NCBI GenBank assembly: GCA_016178135.1
Contig: JACOTW010000003.1
Coordinates: forward strand, 66,472 to 114,873
Source of the DNA: Candidatus Saccharimonadota bacterium
Lineage (GTDB): Bacteria > Patescibacteriota > Saccharimonadia > Saccharimonadales > JACOTW01
Length of the DNA stretch: 48,402 bases
Reading direction: 5' to 3'
A program made the position numbers and the translations under genes. Below are positions 8,423-15,760 of the stretch, one piece after another. Positions within the stretch are counted from its first letter, which is position 1. Every line of letters begins with the position of its first letter. The notes beneath the pieces are model-generated. The model was not told the DNA's origin. It did not search any database and saw only the letters and a list, made by a program, of their open reading frames with translations.

Positions 8423-10521
8423 ACAAGACACAGCTAATTATAGCCCCCGCAAAACAAATTCACGGCTTTTTGAACCGCCCTCTTCGGTCAAAAGCTGTTT
8501 TTCCTCACTCACCTTATCTAAGGATATGCTTCCCTCGGAAAAGCCAGTTTTTGACTCGAAGATCATCGGCTCCAAAACCTATTGATCATTATCCTAGACG
8601 TTATGATGATTATTCTAGAATACAACCTATCAATCGCCTAAAACCCGGCACAATAACACTAAAAGCCATTATCAAACAAGCTAAAGGTCATTATGTGCGG
8701 CGTGGAATGCACATTACCGAAGCTGTCGCTAGTGATGATACGGGTAGTGTGCGACTTATTTGGTTTAATCAACCATACAGAGAGAACTCCCTGAAACATA
8801 ACGTTGAATACTATGTTTCGGGTGAGTTTGGACTAAGCCATCAACGGTTAAGTATATTGAATCCTTCCATCGAACTAGTTAGTGATTTTCCGGTAAATAC
8901 GGCCCGAATTGTGCCAATTTACAGGGAAACAAAAGGTCTAAAATCACTTCAGATCAGAAAAACTCTAAAAACTTTATTACCAACTATCCAAAAGTTACCA
9001 GAGACGTTACCGAATTGGTTGATAGAAGAACAGGGCTTAATCGCTCGCGCCGATGCTATACGATCCATACACTTCCCCGAAAATGTTGAAGCTTTGGAGA
9101 GGGCAAAACAGCGTTTAGGTTTTGAGGAGGTGTTCAGTCTTAGCCTCGCCAGCCTTCTAAATAAACATGAGCTAATCAAGGAACATGCCCTGAAAATCCC
9201 TTTTAATGAAAAACTTGCTAAAGATTTTGTGGCGCACTTACCCTTTAAGTTGACTGATGCACAGCGCAAGGTGATTTGGCAAATATATCTAGACCTACAA
9301 AAAGATCAACCGATGAATAGACTTATAGAAGGCGATGTTGGTTCTGGGAAAACAGTAGTAGCAGCTATGGCGGCGGTGATGGTGATTAGTCAGGGTTATC
9401 AAGTTGCATTTATGGCACCAACCGAGTTATTGGCTCGTCAGCATGCCGAAAATATCCACAAACTATTAGTACCATTGGGTATGGCCGATAATTTAAGCCT
9501 ACTGATTGGCAGTATGAAACCAGCTCAAAAGATTGCCGTTTGGCAACGAGTAAAAGATGGAACGATTAGATTTATAATTGGTACACATGCACTTATTCAG
9601 GAAAAAGTAGATATACACAAACTGGGGTTGGTTATCATAGACGAGCAGCATCGTTTTGGCGTGGAACAGCGCAAGGTATTACAAACTAAGGCCGGCCACG
9701 CCGTTCACGTCTTGTCAACAACAGCTACACCAATCCCCCGCAGTTTAGCTCTGACTCTTTACGGTGAACTGGATATCTCAACCATTGATACCAAGCCAAT
9801 TGGGCGCAAGATGATACATACCAAAATTTGCTCGCCGAACTCGCGCGAACAGCTTTATAAAAAGATAGATGGTGAATTAAGTGATGGACGGCAAGTGTTC
9901 GTGGTCTGTCCTACGATATCCGAATCTTATTTGATGCCTGTTAAATCGGCCGAACAAACCTATGAAGAGTTAAGTAAAGGCCCGTTCAAACATCGCAGAG
10001 TCGGCGTACTACATGGCAAGATGAAAGCTGACCAGAGGGATAAAGTCATGAAACAGTTTATTGACCATGAACTGGATATTCTAGTAGCGACTACCGTTAT
10101 AGAGGTGGGTGTGGATGTCCCGAATGCTTCAGTTATGCTGATTGAAAATGCTGAGCGTTTTGGGTTGGCACAGATCCATCAGCTACGCGGTCGAGTTGGC
10201 CGGAGTGATCACCAGGGTTATTGTTATCTAATGATGAGCGATAGCGGGCAACCAGGCCAACGCCTAAAAGCATTAGAAGAGTCGGACGATGGCTTCCGAT
10301 TAGCGGAGCTTGATCTAAAAATTCGTGGACCTGGCGCGATTTATGGCAGCGCACAGCATGGGCAACTTGACCTTAGGATCGCTAAATTAACAGATGTAAA
10401 TCTACTAATAGCTGCTCGTGCTGCCGCCCAAAATTTTATTGATAAAAACGAAAATCTGCTACAATACGAGGAGTTAAATAATCGCATACAAAAACTAAGT
10501 ACTCTAACAAACCTAAATTAG
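8395..10521 (+). CDS. recG: ATP-dependent DNA helicase RecG (start codon uncertain: ATG 8395, TTG 8470 or TTG 8551)
   Basis: Wedge/OB region (VRLIWFNQPY). Helicase motifs GDVGSGKTVVA, DEQHRFGV, TATPIPR, QLRGRVGR. Confidence 0.85.
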   Translation: MERCEIRVDNKTQLIIAPAKQIHGFLNRPLRSKAVFPHSPYLRICFPRKSQFLTRRSSAPKPIDHYPRRYDDYSRIQPINRLKPGTITLKAIIKQAKGHYVRRGMHITEAVASDDTGSVRLIWFNQPYRENSLKHNVEYYVSGEFGLSHQRLSILNPSIELVSDFPVNTARIVPIYRETKGLKSLQIRKTLKTLLPTIQKLPETLPNWLIEEQGLIARADAIRSIHFPENVEALERAKQRLGFEEVFSLSLASLLNKHELIKEHALKIPFNEKLAKDFVAHLPFKLTDAQRKVIWQIYLDLQKDQPMNRLIEGDVGSGKTVVAAMAAVMVISQGYQVAFMAPTELLARQHAENIHKLLVPLGMADNLSLLIGSMKPAQKIAVWQRVKDGTIRFIIGTHALIQEKVDIHKLGLVIIDEQHRFGVEQRKVLQTKAGHAVHVLSTTATPIPRSLALTLYGELDISTIDTKPIGRKMIHTKICSPNSREQLYKKIDGELSDGRQVFVVCPTISESYLMPVKSAEQTYEELSKGPFKHRRVGVLHGKMKADQRDKVMKQFIDHELDILVATTVIEVGVDVPNASVMLIENAERFGLAQIHQLRGRVGRSDHQGYCYLMMSDSGQPGQRLKALEESDDGFRLAELDLKIRGPGAIYGSAQHGQLDLRIAKLTDVNLLIAARAAAQNFIDKNENLLQYEELNNRIQKLSTLTNLN
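8439..8579 (+). repeat. Family-A repeat copy 3 (subfamily A2), lies inside the recG 5' reading frame
   Basis: Same 5' TIR, no 3' TIR. It is translated in frame in ORF 8395..10521. Confidence 0.9.
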
Positions 10522-10583
10522 AAAGCAGGAATTATCAATTATCAAATACCCAGTTTTTACTTAGCAATTTATGGAGTTTGAAG

Positions 10584-11444
10584 ATGTATTCAGGCACAAC
10601 ACTAACTAAATATTCTGGCCGTATTATGGGCACGCACCAGAAAATCGATCGAACAGCTAGGCGGCATCTTTCTAGGCTAATTATTGATGACGGACTATTT
10701 CCGAATAGTTCTATGATCTTGCAATTTGAGGGTAAAAATGGTCCGGATGGCATTAAACGAAAAAGTCCGGCAAAGAACGAACCTTGGCATTTTTATAGTC
10801 CGTTTGACGATGATGATTCCCAGTTAATAGAGTTGATCAACGACCATTACCAAGAACTAGTCAATCAGCTAAAGAGCAACAACACTGAAAGGGTTGCTTT
10901 TGAAGCCGCTTGGTTAGCGCACGCTATCGTGGATGGCCTAACACCAGCCCATCATTATCCGTATGAAGAGAAATTAACAGAATTACGCGGCGAAGGTATA
11001 GAAAGTCGGGCAACTATAAAAACCAAAATTGTTATTCCTGGCGACACACGTAGTCAGAAAGTTAAAAATAATTGGAAAATGTGGGGGCCCAAGGGTTTAT
11101 TTACGACACACGGCTTGTTTGAAATAGGCGTTGCTAGTATTTTTACTCCATTAAGTTTCAATGATGCCCTGCCAACAGAAGATGATGTGAAAGAACTTCA
11201 TGAGTTTGGCGTGACCGGCTTGTTCAAAAACAAGGCTCGTGAAATTGCCGTACTAGATATGTATGGAGAGTATTATCGTAAGGGCTGGACATCAAAACTC
11301 GCTTACGATGTCCGTCATAAGCTTGGCCCAATTATTGTTAAAACCGTTACTTTGGTTTGGTATGAATCACTTATTGAAGCAGGAATTATAGAGGGTACAT
11401 ATGCGTGTAATAAGCGGACGATTAAGCGGAAGACAGTTCAGTAG
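10584..11444 (+). CDS. Zinc-dependent phospholipase C / S1-P1 nuclease-superfamily-like protein
   Basis: His-rich motifs resemble the Zn-PLC family: THQKI, PWHFYSPFDDDD (compare SHFYDPD), AWLAHAIVDGLTPAHH (compare LHYLGDVNQPMH). A GGAG lies 7 nt upstream of ATG 10584. Confidence 0.5.
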   Translation: MYSGTTLTKYSGRIMGTHQKIDRTARRHLSRLIIDDGLFPNSSMILQFEGKNGPDGIKRKSPAKNEPWHFYSPFDDDDSQLIELINDHYQELVNQLKSNNTERVAFEAAWLAHAIVDGLTPAHHYPYEEKLTELRGEGIESRATIKTKIVIPGDTRSQKVKNNWKMWGPKGLFTTHGLFEIGVASIFTPLSFNDALPTEDDVKELHEFGVTGLFKNKAREIAVLDMYGEYYRKGWTSKLAYDVRHKLGPIIVKTVTLVWYESLIEAGIIEGTYACNKRTIKRKTVQ

Positions 11445-11934
11445 TCCTGGGAGCAATCACACCCACCCCATGAGCGAGAAAATTCGTGGGGCACTTTTTA
11501 GTATCCTGGGTGATATAGAAGGCCTATCGGTGCTGGATCCGTTTTCTGGAAGTGGCGCTATCAGTATTGAAGCTGCAAGTCGAGGAGCTATCAATATAGT
11601 AGCAATTGACAAAGACAAGCAAGCTTATAAAACTATAGTGAAAAGCCTACAGAGTTTAGGGCTTTTAGATTTGATTGATGTTATTTTCGGTAATGCTATT
11701 ACATGGAGCAACGCTCATAAAGATACTCAATTTGATATTGTTGTGCTGGATCCGCCATACGACAAAGTCCTCTACACTACTTTAATAAAGCTCACTAGGC
11801 ACGTTGCCTCGTCTGGGATATTGGTAGTTTCTCTGCCCGGTGACGAGGACGGCTTTAGTCTAGTTGGCTTCGATAAAATTACGAGAAAATCTTACGGAGA
11901 TGCTCAGCTGGCATTTTATCGCAAGATTTCGTAA
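11401..11934 (+). CDS. rsmD: 16S rRNA (guanine966-N2)-methyltransferase RsmD
   Basis: MRVISGRLSGRQF, DPFSGSGA and LDPPY motifs. Confidence 0.8.
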   Translation: MRVISGRLSGRQFSSPGSNHTHPMSEKIRGALFSILGDIEGLSVLDPFSGSGAISIEAASRGAINIVAIDKDKQAYKTIVKSLQSLGLLDLIDVIFGNAITWSNAHKDTQFDIVVLDPPYDKVLYTTLIKLTRHVASSGILVVSLPGDEDGFSLVGFDKITRKSYGDAQLAFYRKIS

Positions 11935-11944
11935 ACTATACAGT

Positions 11945-12262
11945 ATGAGCTTAACTAAAGATGACCTAGCTGCGATTAAGGATATTGTTGAAGGTGCTAA
12001 TGAAGATTTAAGAATCGATGTTGCCACCGGTTTTGCTGAAGTACACGACAAGTTTGCCGAAATACATGACAAGTTTGCTGAAGTACACGACAAGTTTGCC
12101 GAAGTACATGACAAGATTGATCATGTAGCCAAAGAACTATCAGCTCAAATTGATTCAGTTGATGATAAATTAACAGTTAGAGATGGGAAATTAGAAGATA
12201 CTGTTCGGCGAGTTGATGAGCTTCAAATATCTATTGCAAAGCTTACACATCGAACAGTCTAG
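11945..12262 (+). CDS. Small coiled-coil protein with four tandem heptads (FAEVHDK)
   Basis: ATG 11945 lies just after the rsmD stop. The sequence has heptad periodicity throughout. No homolog recognised. Confidence 0.5.
   Translation: MSLTKDDLAAIKDIVEGANEDLRIDVATGFAEVHDKFAEIHDKFAEVHDKFAEVHDKIDHVAKELSAQIDSVDDKLTVRDGKLEDTVRRVDELQISIAKLTHRTV
12032..12115 (+). repeat. Tandem repeat, 21 nt x 4 (effectively 42 nt x 2), in frame
   Basis: TTTGCTGAAGTACACGACAAG / TTTGCCGAAATACATGACAAG / TTTGCTGAAGTACACGACAAG / TTTGCCGAAGTACATGACAAG. Confidence 0.95.
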
Positions 12263-12352
12263 GACTCCATCTGTTACAATAATTAGTTAGTACGCGAATG
12301 TGAAATAAGTATATGCGCGTACCGTAACGCAGTTCTATATATAGACATACAT

Positions 12353-12389
12353 GGGGATGTGGTGGAATGGTAGACACGCTAGTTTTAGG
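12353..12389 (+). pseudogene. Duplicated 5' half of tRNA-Leu (acceptor 5' strand to anticodon-loop position 37), no 3' half
   Basis: The 37 nt are identical to 12527-12563, or 39 nt counting the preceding AT. No CATCCCC acceptor partner occurs before 12600. Confidence 0.85.
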
Positions 12390-12526
12390 TGAGGGCTGCC
12401 GGTGGCAGCCTGCAAGGGAGTCAACTCTTGCAAACTGGTTTGCAAAGATGTTGCGACGGGGCCGCGGAACGTGGCCTAGTGCCCTAGCCGAAAGGCTTGC
12501 AGTAAGCTAAAATACTACAGCGTAAT

Positions 12527-12610
12527 GGGGATGTGGTGGAATGGTAGACACGCTAGTTTTAGGAACTAGTGCCGCAAGGCGTGAAGGTTCAAGTCCTTTC
12601 ATCCCCACCA
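12527..12610 (+). tRNA. tRNA-Leu (anticodon UAG), class II with long variable arm, encoded CCA
   Basis: Hand fold: acceptor GGGGATG/CATCCCC, anticodon stem CTAGT/ACTAG with loop TTTAGGA, variable arm GCC-gcaa-GGC, T arm GAAGG-TTCAAGT-CCTTT, discriminator A, then CCA. Confidence 0.9.
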
Positions 12611-12616
12611 AATCGA

Positions 12617-12666
12617 GACTAAAGTCAGAATTGTCGCCCAAAAAGACGACAATTCTGACTTTAGTC
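12617..12666. repeat. Perfect 20-bp-stem palindrome 7 nt after tRNA-Leu
   Basis: GACTAAAGTCAGAATTGTCG-cccaaaaaga-CGACAATTCTGACTTTAGTC. No T-tract follows. The GAATTGTCGC core resembles the family-B TIR. Confidence 0.9.
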
Positions 12667-12672
12667 AATTCT

Positions 12673-12799
12673 TGGTGAGTTTTTACGCCCACGCTAGAAC
12701 CCATTTTAGCACCAAATGCGAGAAATGAGATTTTCGGCGGGTCGCCCCCGACCCGACCCGCCGAACTGCTCCGCAGGGTTTTTGGCTGAAAAGATTTTG
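12673..12799. repeat. Left arm of 127-bp inverted repeat (IR127)
   Basis: Reverse complement of 14780-14906 with one mismatch. Contains the GC hairpin CGGCGGGTCG-n9-CGACCCGCCG. Confidence 0.95.
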
Positions 12800-12824
12800 G
12801 CTGTTTTTATGGTAAAATGTACCT

Positions 12825-13757
12825 ATGAAAATCGTTGTAACCAACCCCTCAGGCTTAACCGACAATCAAATACAAGAATTAAAGCAACTTGGCGAAGTCG
12901 CCGTTTATAACGATACGAATAACGACAATTACGCAGAGCGAGTAAAAGACGCAGAAATTGCTGTTCTTGATTGTTTTTTGACACCAGTTACAAGCGAACT
13001 TTTAGCAAAAACGCCAGACTTAAAGTTTTTCTCTATAAACTCAACTGGTTTTGATAAAGTTGATGTAGAAGCCACAAAAAATGCTGGTGTTATTGCGTCA
13101 AATGTTCCGCATTTTTCTACCAATTCTGTTGCTGAAATGGCCATCGGTTTAATGTTTGCCGCCAACCGCAAAATCGCCCTTGGCGATAAAGAGTTTAGAA
13201 ACGGACTAATTGCGGTTGATCCTGGAACACCAGAACAAACCAGATATTCCGGTTTTGACTTAATCGGCAAAACACTTGGTGTTGTTGGTCTTGGCGACAT
13301 TGGCAGTCGCATTGCCGAAATCGGCAATGGAATTGGTATGTCTGTGATTGCCTATAACCGAACAGAAAAAGACCTGCCAAATGTTAAACAGGTATCTCTA
13401 CAAGAACTTTTTGAGAAAGCAGATGTAGTCGTTTTGGCTCTCGCCTTAAACGACCAAACCAAAGGTATTATCACAAAAGAACTCATAGAAAATATGAAAA
13501 AATCTGCGATTTTTGTGAGCATTGCTGGTCTTGGCTTGATTGACCAAGACGCACTCAAAAACGTATTAAACAATGATTTAATTGCTGGCACTGGAATTGA
13601 CACCGCAAGCCAAGACTGGGCAGAAGTTAAAAATGCCGTTTTAACTCCGCACAATGGCTACAATACTCGTGAGTCAGACGAAAATATGGGTCGTATAATC
13701 ACAGAAAACATTAAAGCCTACATTGACGGCAAACCAATAAATAGGATAGACTCATGA
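12825..13757 (+). CDS. D-isomer-specific 2-hydroxyacid dehydrogenase family protein
   Basis: NAD-binding motif GKTLGVVGLGDIGSRIA. The C-terminal region is typical of the family (LTPHNGYNT). Confidence 0.85.
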   Translation: MKIVVTNPSGLTDNQIQELKQLGEVAVYNDTNNDNYAERVKDAEIAVLDCFLTPVTSELLAKTPDLKFFSINSTGFDKVDVEATKNAGVIASNVPHFSTNSVAEMAIGLMFAANRKIALGDKEFRNGLIAVDPGTPEQTRYSGFDLIGKTLGVVGLGDIGSRIAEIGNGIGMSVIAYNRTEKDLPNVKQVSLQELFEKADVVVLALALNDQTKGIITKELIENMKKSAIFVSIAGLGLIDQDALKNVLNNDLIAGTGIDTASQDWAEVKNAVLTPHNGYNTRESDENMGRIITENIKAYIDGKPINRIDS

Positions 13758-14740
13758 AAAATTTTGCGATTCTTGGTGGTGGAATATCAGGGATAACGGT
13801 TGGTAATATTTTGCTTGATATGTTTCCTGATTCAAAAGTCACAATATATGCACAGGAAACCAGAGATATTGTTAGTTACGTTGCCAGTGCTCAGTTTTAT
13901 CCAATTTGGTTAGGAGATAATCTACCAGAGAATTATGAATTAACCCTCAAGCGATGGTTCTTGAAATCGAAGGAAGAGTTCATCAAGCGGCGTGACGATG
14001 TTAATTATGGGATAGCGACTTACCGCAATCATGAATTGTTTAAGGAAGCGGAAGAGCCACCTGCTTACTTTAGAGATGTTCTTTCCAATTTTGAAGCATT
14101 AGAAGATCACAACTTACCTGCTGGTTACAAGTACAGATTTTCTTTTGACACAATGATTATTGACACCTGGGTGTATATTCCCCAACTTACCAAGGACTTT
14201 TTGAATAGGGGGGGGCAGATTGTCCAACGAGAGTTTAAGTCTATAGCAGAAGTTATAGACTTAGATGAACCGGTTATCTTCAATTGTCTAGGTATGGGCG
14301 CTAAGCCAATATTTGGCGACGAGTATCTAAAGCCCGTTAAGGGTGTCGTCTTAAGACTAAAACCAGTTAATATTGGCGACGTTGTGGTATCAACAGGAGA
14401 TTTTATAGTCGCTCAAAGAAGTCAAGATTTATATTTAGGGGCTTCCTACGACGAGAACTGGGAGACAGCCGACCCTACCCAACAAGAGGAAGAGTATTTG
14501 TTTGATAATGTGAAGGAAATCATGGAAACACCAGGTAGTATTTTTTCTATACCTCAAGGTACTCTACGCAAAGAAAATATTATTGAACGTATGGTGGGCT
14601 TTAGGCCAGTGAGGAGTATCGGGCCTAGAGTCGAAAAGGAAACCTTAGGAGATAAAACAATCATTCACAACTATGGGCACGGTGGCAACGGTATCATCTT
14701 ATCCTGGGGAACTGCCCACGAAGCACTATCCTTATTGTAG
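13754..14740 (+). CDS. FAD-dependent oxidoreductase, D-amino-acid-oxidase (DAO) family
   Basis: N-terminal FAILGGGISGITVG (GxGxxG) and C-terminal FRPVR...HNYGHGGNGIILSWGTA signature. ATGA overlap with the upstream gene. Confidence 0.8.
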   Translation: MKNFAILGGGISGITVGNILLDMFPDSKVTIYAQETRDIVSYVASAQFYPIWLGDNLPENYELTLKRWFLKSKEEFIKRRDDVNYGIATYRNHELFKEAEEPPAYFRDVLSNFEALEDHNLPAGYKYRFSFDTMIIDTWVYIPQLTKDFLNRGGQIVQREFKSIAEVIDLDEPVIFNCLGMGAKPIFGDEYLKPVKGVVLRLKPVNIGDVVVSTGDFIVAQRSQDLYLGASYDENWETADPTQQEEEYLFDNVKEIMETPGSIFSIPQGTLRKENIIERMVGFRPVRSIGPRVEKETLGDKTIIHNYGHGGNGIILSWGTAHEALSLL

Positions 14741-14779
14741 TGCTACCGGTAGTAGCACAAAAGCCAACCTTAAACTCCT

Positions 14780-14906
14780 CAAAATCTTTTCAGCCAAAAA
14801 CCCTGCGGAGCAGTTCGGCGGGTCGGGTCGGGGGCGACCCGCCGAAAATCTCATTTCTCACATTTGGTGCTAAAATGGGTTCTAGCGTGGGCGTAAAAAC
14901 TCACCA
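14780..14906. repeat. Right arm of IR127
   Basis: See 12673-12799. Confidence 0.95.
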
Positions 14907-14980
14907 GAAAAATTTTTGGGAGTTTATCTTTTAGTCACCAGGGGTAAGGATGCTCATATTGCTCCTACACCAAGCCAAGG

Positions 14981-15147
14981 TATAGTCCCCGCAAAACAAA
15001 TTCGTGGGTTTTTGAAGCAATGATCTTTGAGCCAAAAACTGACTTTTCCGAGAGATACATATCCTTAGATACGTTGAACGAGGAAAGGCGGTTTTGGGCA
15101 AAAGAGGGTGCTTCGAAAAGTCGGGAATTTGTTTTGCGGGGGCTATA
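14981..15147 (-). repeat. Family-A repeat copy 4 (A1), complete, 167 bp
   Basis: Both TIRs are present. It differs at 4 of 167 positions from copy 32195-32361. Confidence 0.95.
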
Positions 15148-15196
15148 TCTTTGGTTTTTGTTGTGGTCGCTTTCTTTAGTAGCTGATGCAAAGATG

Positions 15197-15225
15197 TTGA
15201 CCGAAGTTCGACAATAGTGTAGTAT
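15197..15225 (+). promoter_or_regulatory. rplS promoter candidate (TTGACC-17-TAGTAT)
   Basis: Canonical -35/-10 spacing. The spacer contains the motif-C-like GTTCGACAATAGTG. The -10 ends 9 nt before the ATG and no SD is visible. Confidence 0.5.
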
Positions 15226-15234
15226 TTATAGATT

Positions 15235-15702
15235 ATGCAATCTGTTATTCAGAAAATTGAGGAAAAGTACAAAAAAGCGCAAGTTGTTGATGTGCGTTCC
15301 GGCGATACCGTAAAAGTACATCAGAAGATTCGCGAAGGCGTTAAAGAGCGTGTTCAGATATTTCAGGGTCTGGTAATCCGTACGGACCGCAAGAGTAGTC
15401 ACACTAGTCGTATTACCGTACGTCGCGTAGCAAGTGGTGTTGGTGTGGAAAAATCTTTTCTGCTGCACAGCCCCTTAGTTGTTAAGGTAGAAGTAAGTAA
15501 GCGTAGCAAAGTACGCCGTAATTATCTGACCTACATGCGTCAGCGTACTGGCAAGTCGGCTCGCTTGACGGGTATGGACTTTGATAAAGAAGCGGTTAAT
15601 ATAATTAGAGACGAAACTACCGAAAAAATAGAAACTGAAGCCGCAACACCCATAGTTACTAATGATACAATTGCCGATAATGTAGCCAAAACCAAAGAAT
15701 AA
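15235..15702 (+). CDS. rplS: 50S ribosomal protein L19 with C-terminal extension
   Basis: GDTVKVHQKIREG..ERVQIFQGLVI..ITVRR...GVGVEK.F.LHSP. Confidence 0.9.
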   Translation: MQSVIQKIEEKYKKAQVVDVRSGDTVKVHQKIREGVKERVQIFQGLVIRTDRKSSHTSRITVRRVASGVGVEKSFLLHSPLVVKVEVSKRSKVRRNYLTYMRQRTGKSARLTGMDFDKEAVNIIRDETTEKIETEAATPIVTNDTIADNVAKTKE

Positions 15703-15760
15703 TATTCCTCTGCAAGCGTTAATTAAGGTGTCTGCAAAGTGCGCAACTCGTGACTATTTG

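Noticed and set aside
12390-12526. A group I intron (as in cyanobacterial or plastid tRNA-Leu) or another tRNA intron between the two tRNA-Leu 5' halves.
   Set aside because: The spacer is only 137 nt, well below typical group I size. I see no P3/P7-type long-range pairings. The upstream fragment has no separate 3' exon, so the only 3' half already belongs to a complete tRNA. A duplication or insertion scar fits better. It is kept as a finding, but not as an intron call.
12507-12910. Small ORFs inside and around IR127: 12507..12704(-), 12683..12865(-), 12716..12910(+), 14673..14873(+) and 14740..14934(+). Mirrored MGSSVGVKTHQ peptides appear among them.
   Set aside because: The mirrored peptides simply reflect the inverted repeat. 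One ORF overlaps the tRNA gene. There are no ribosome-binding sites and no recognisable domains.
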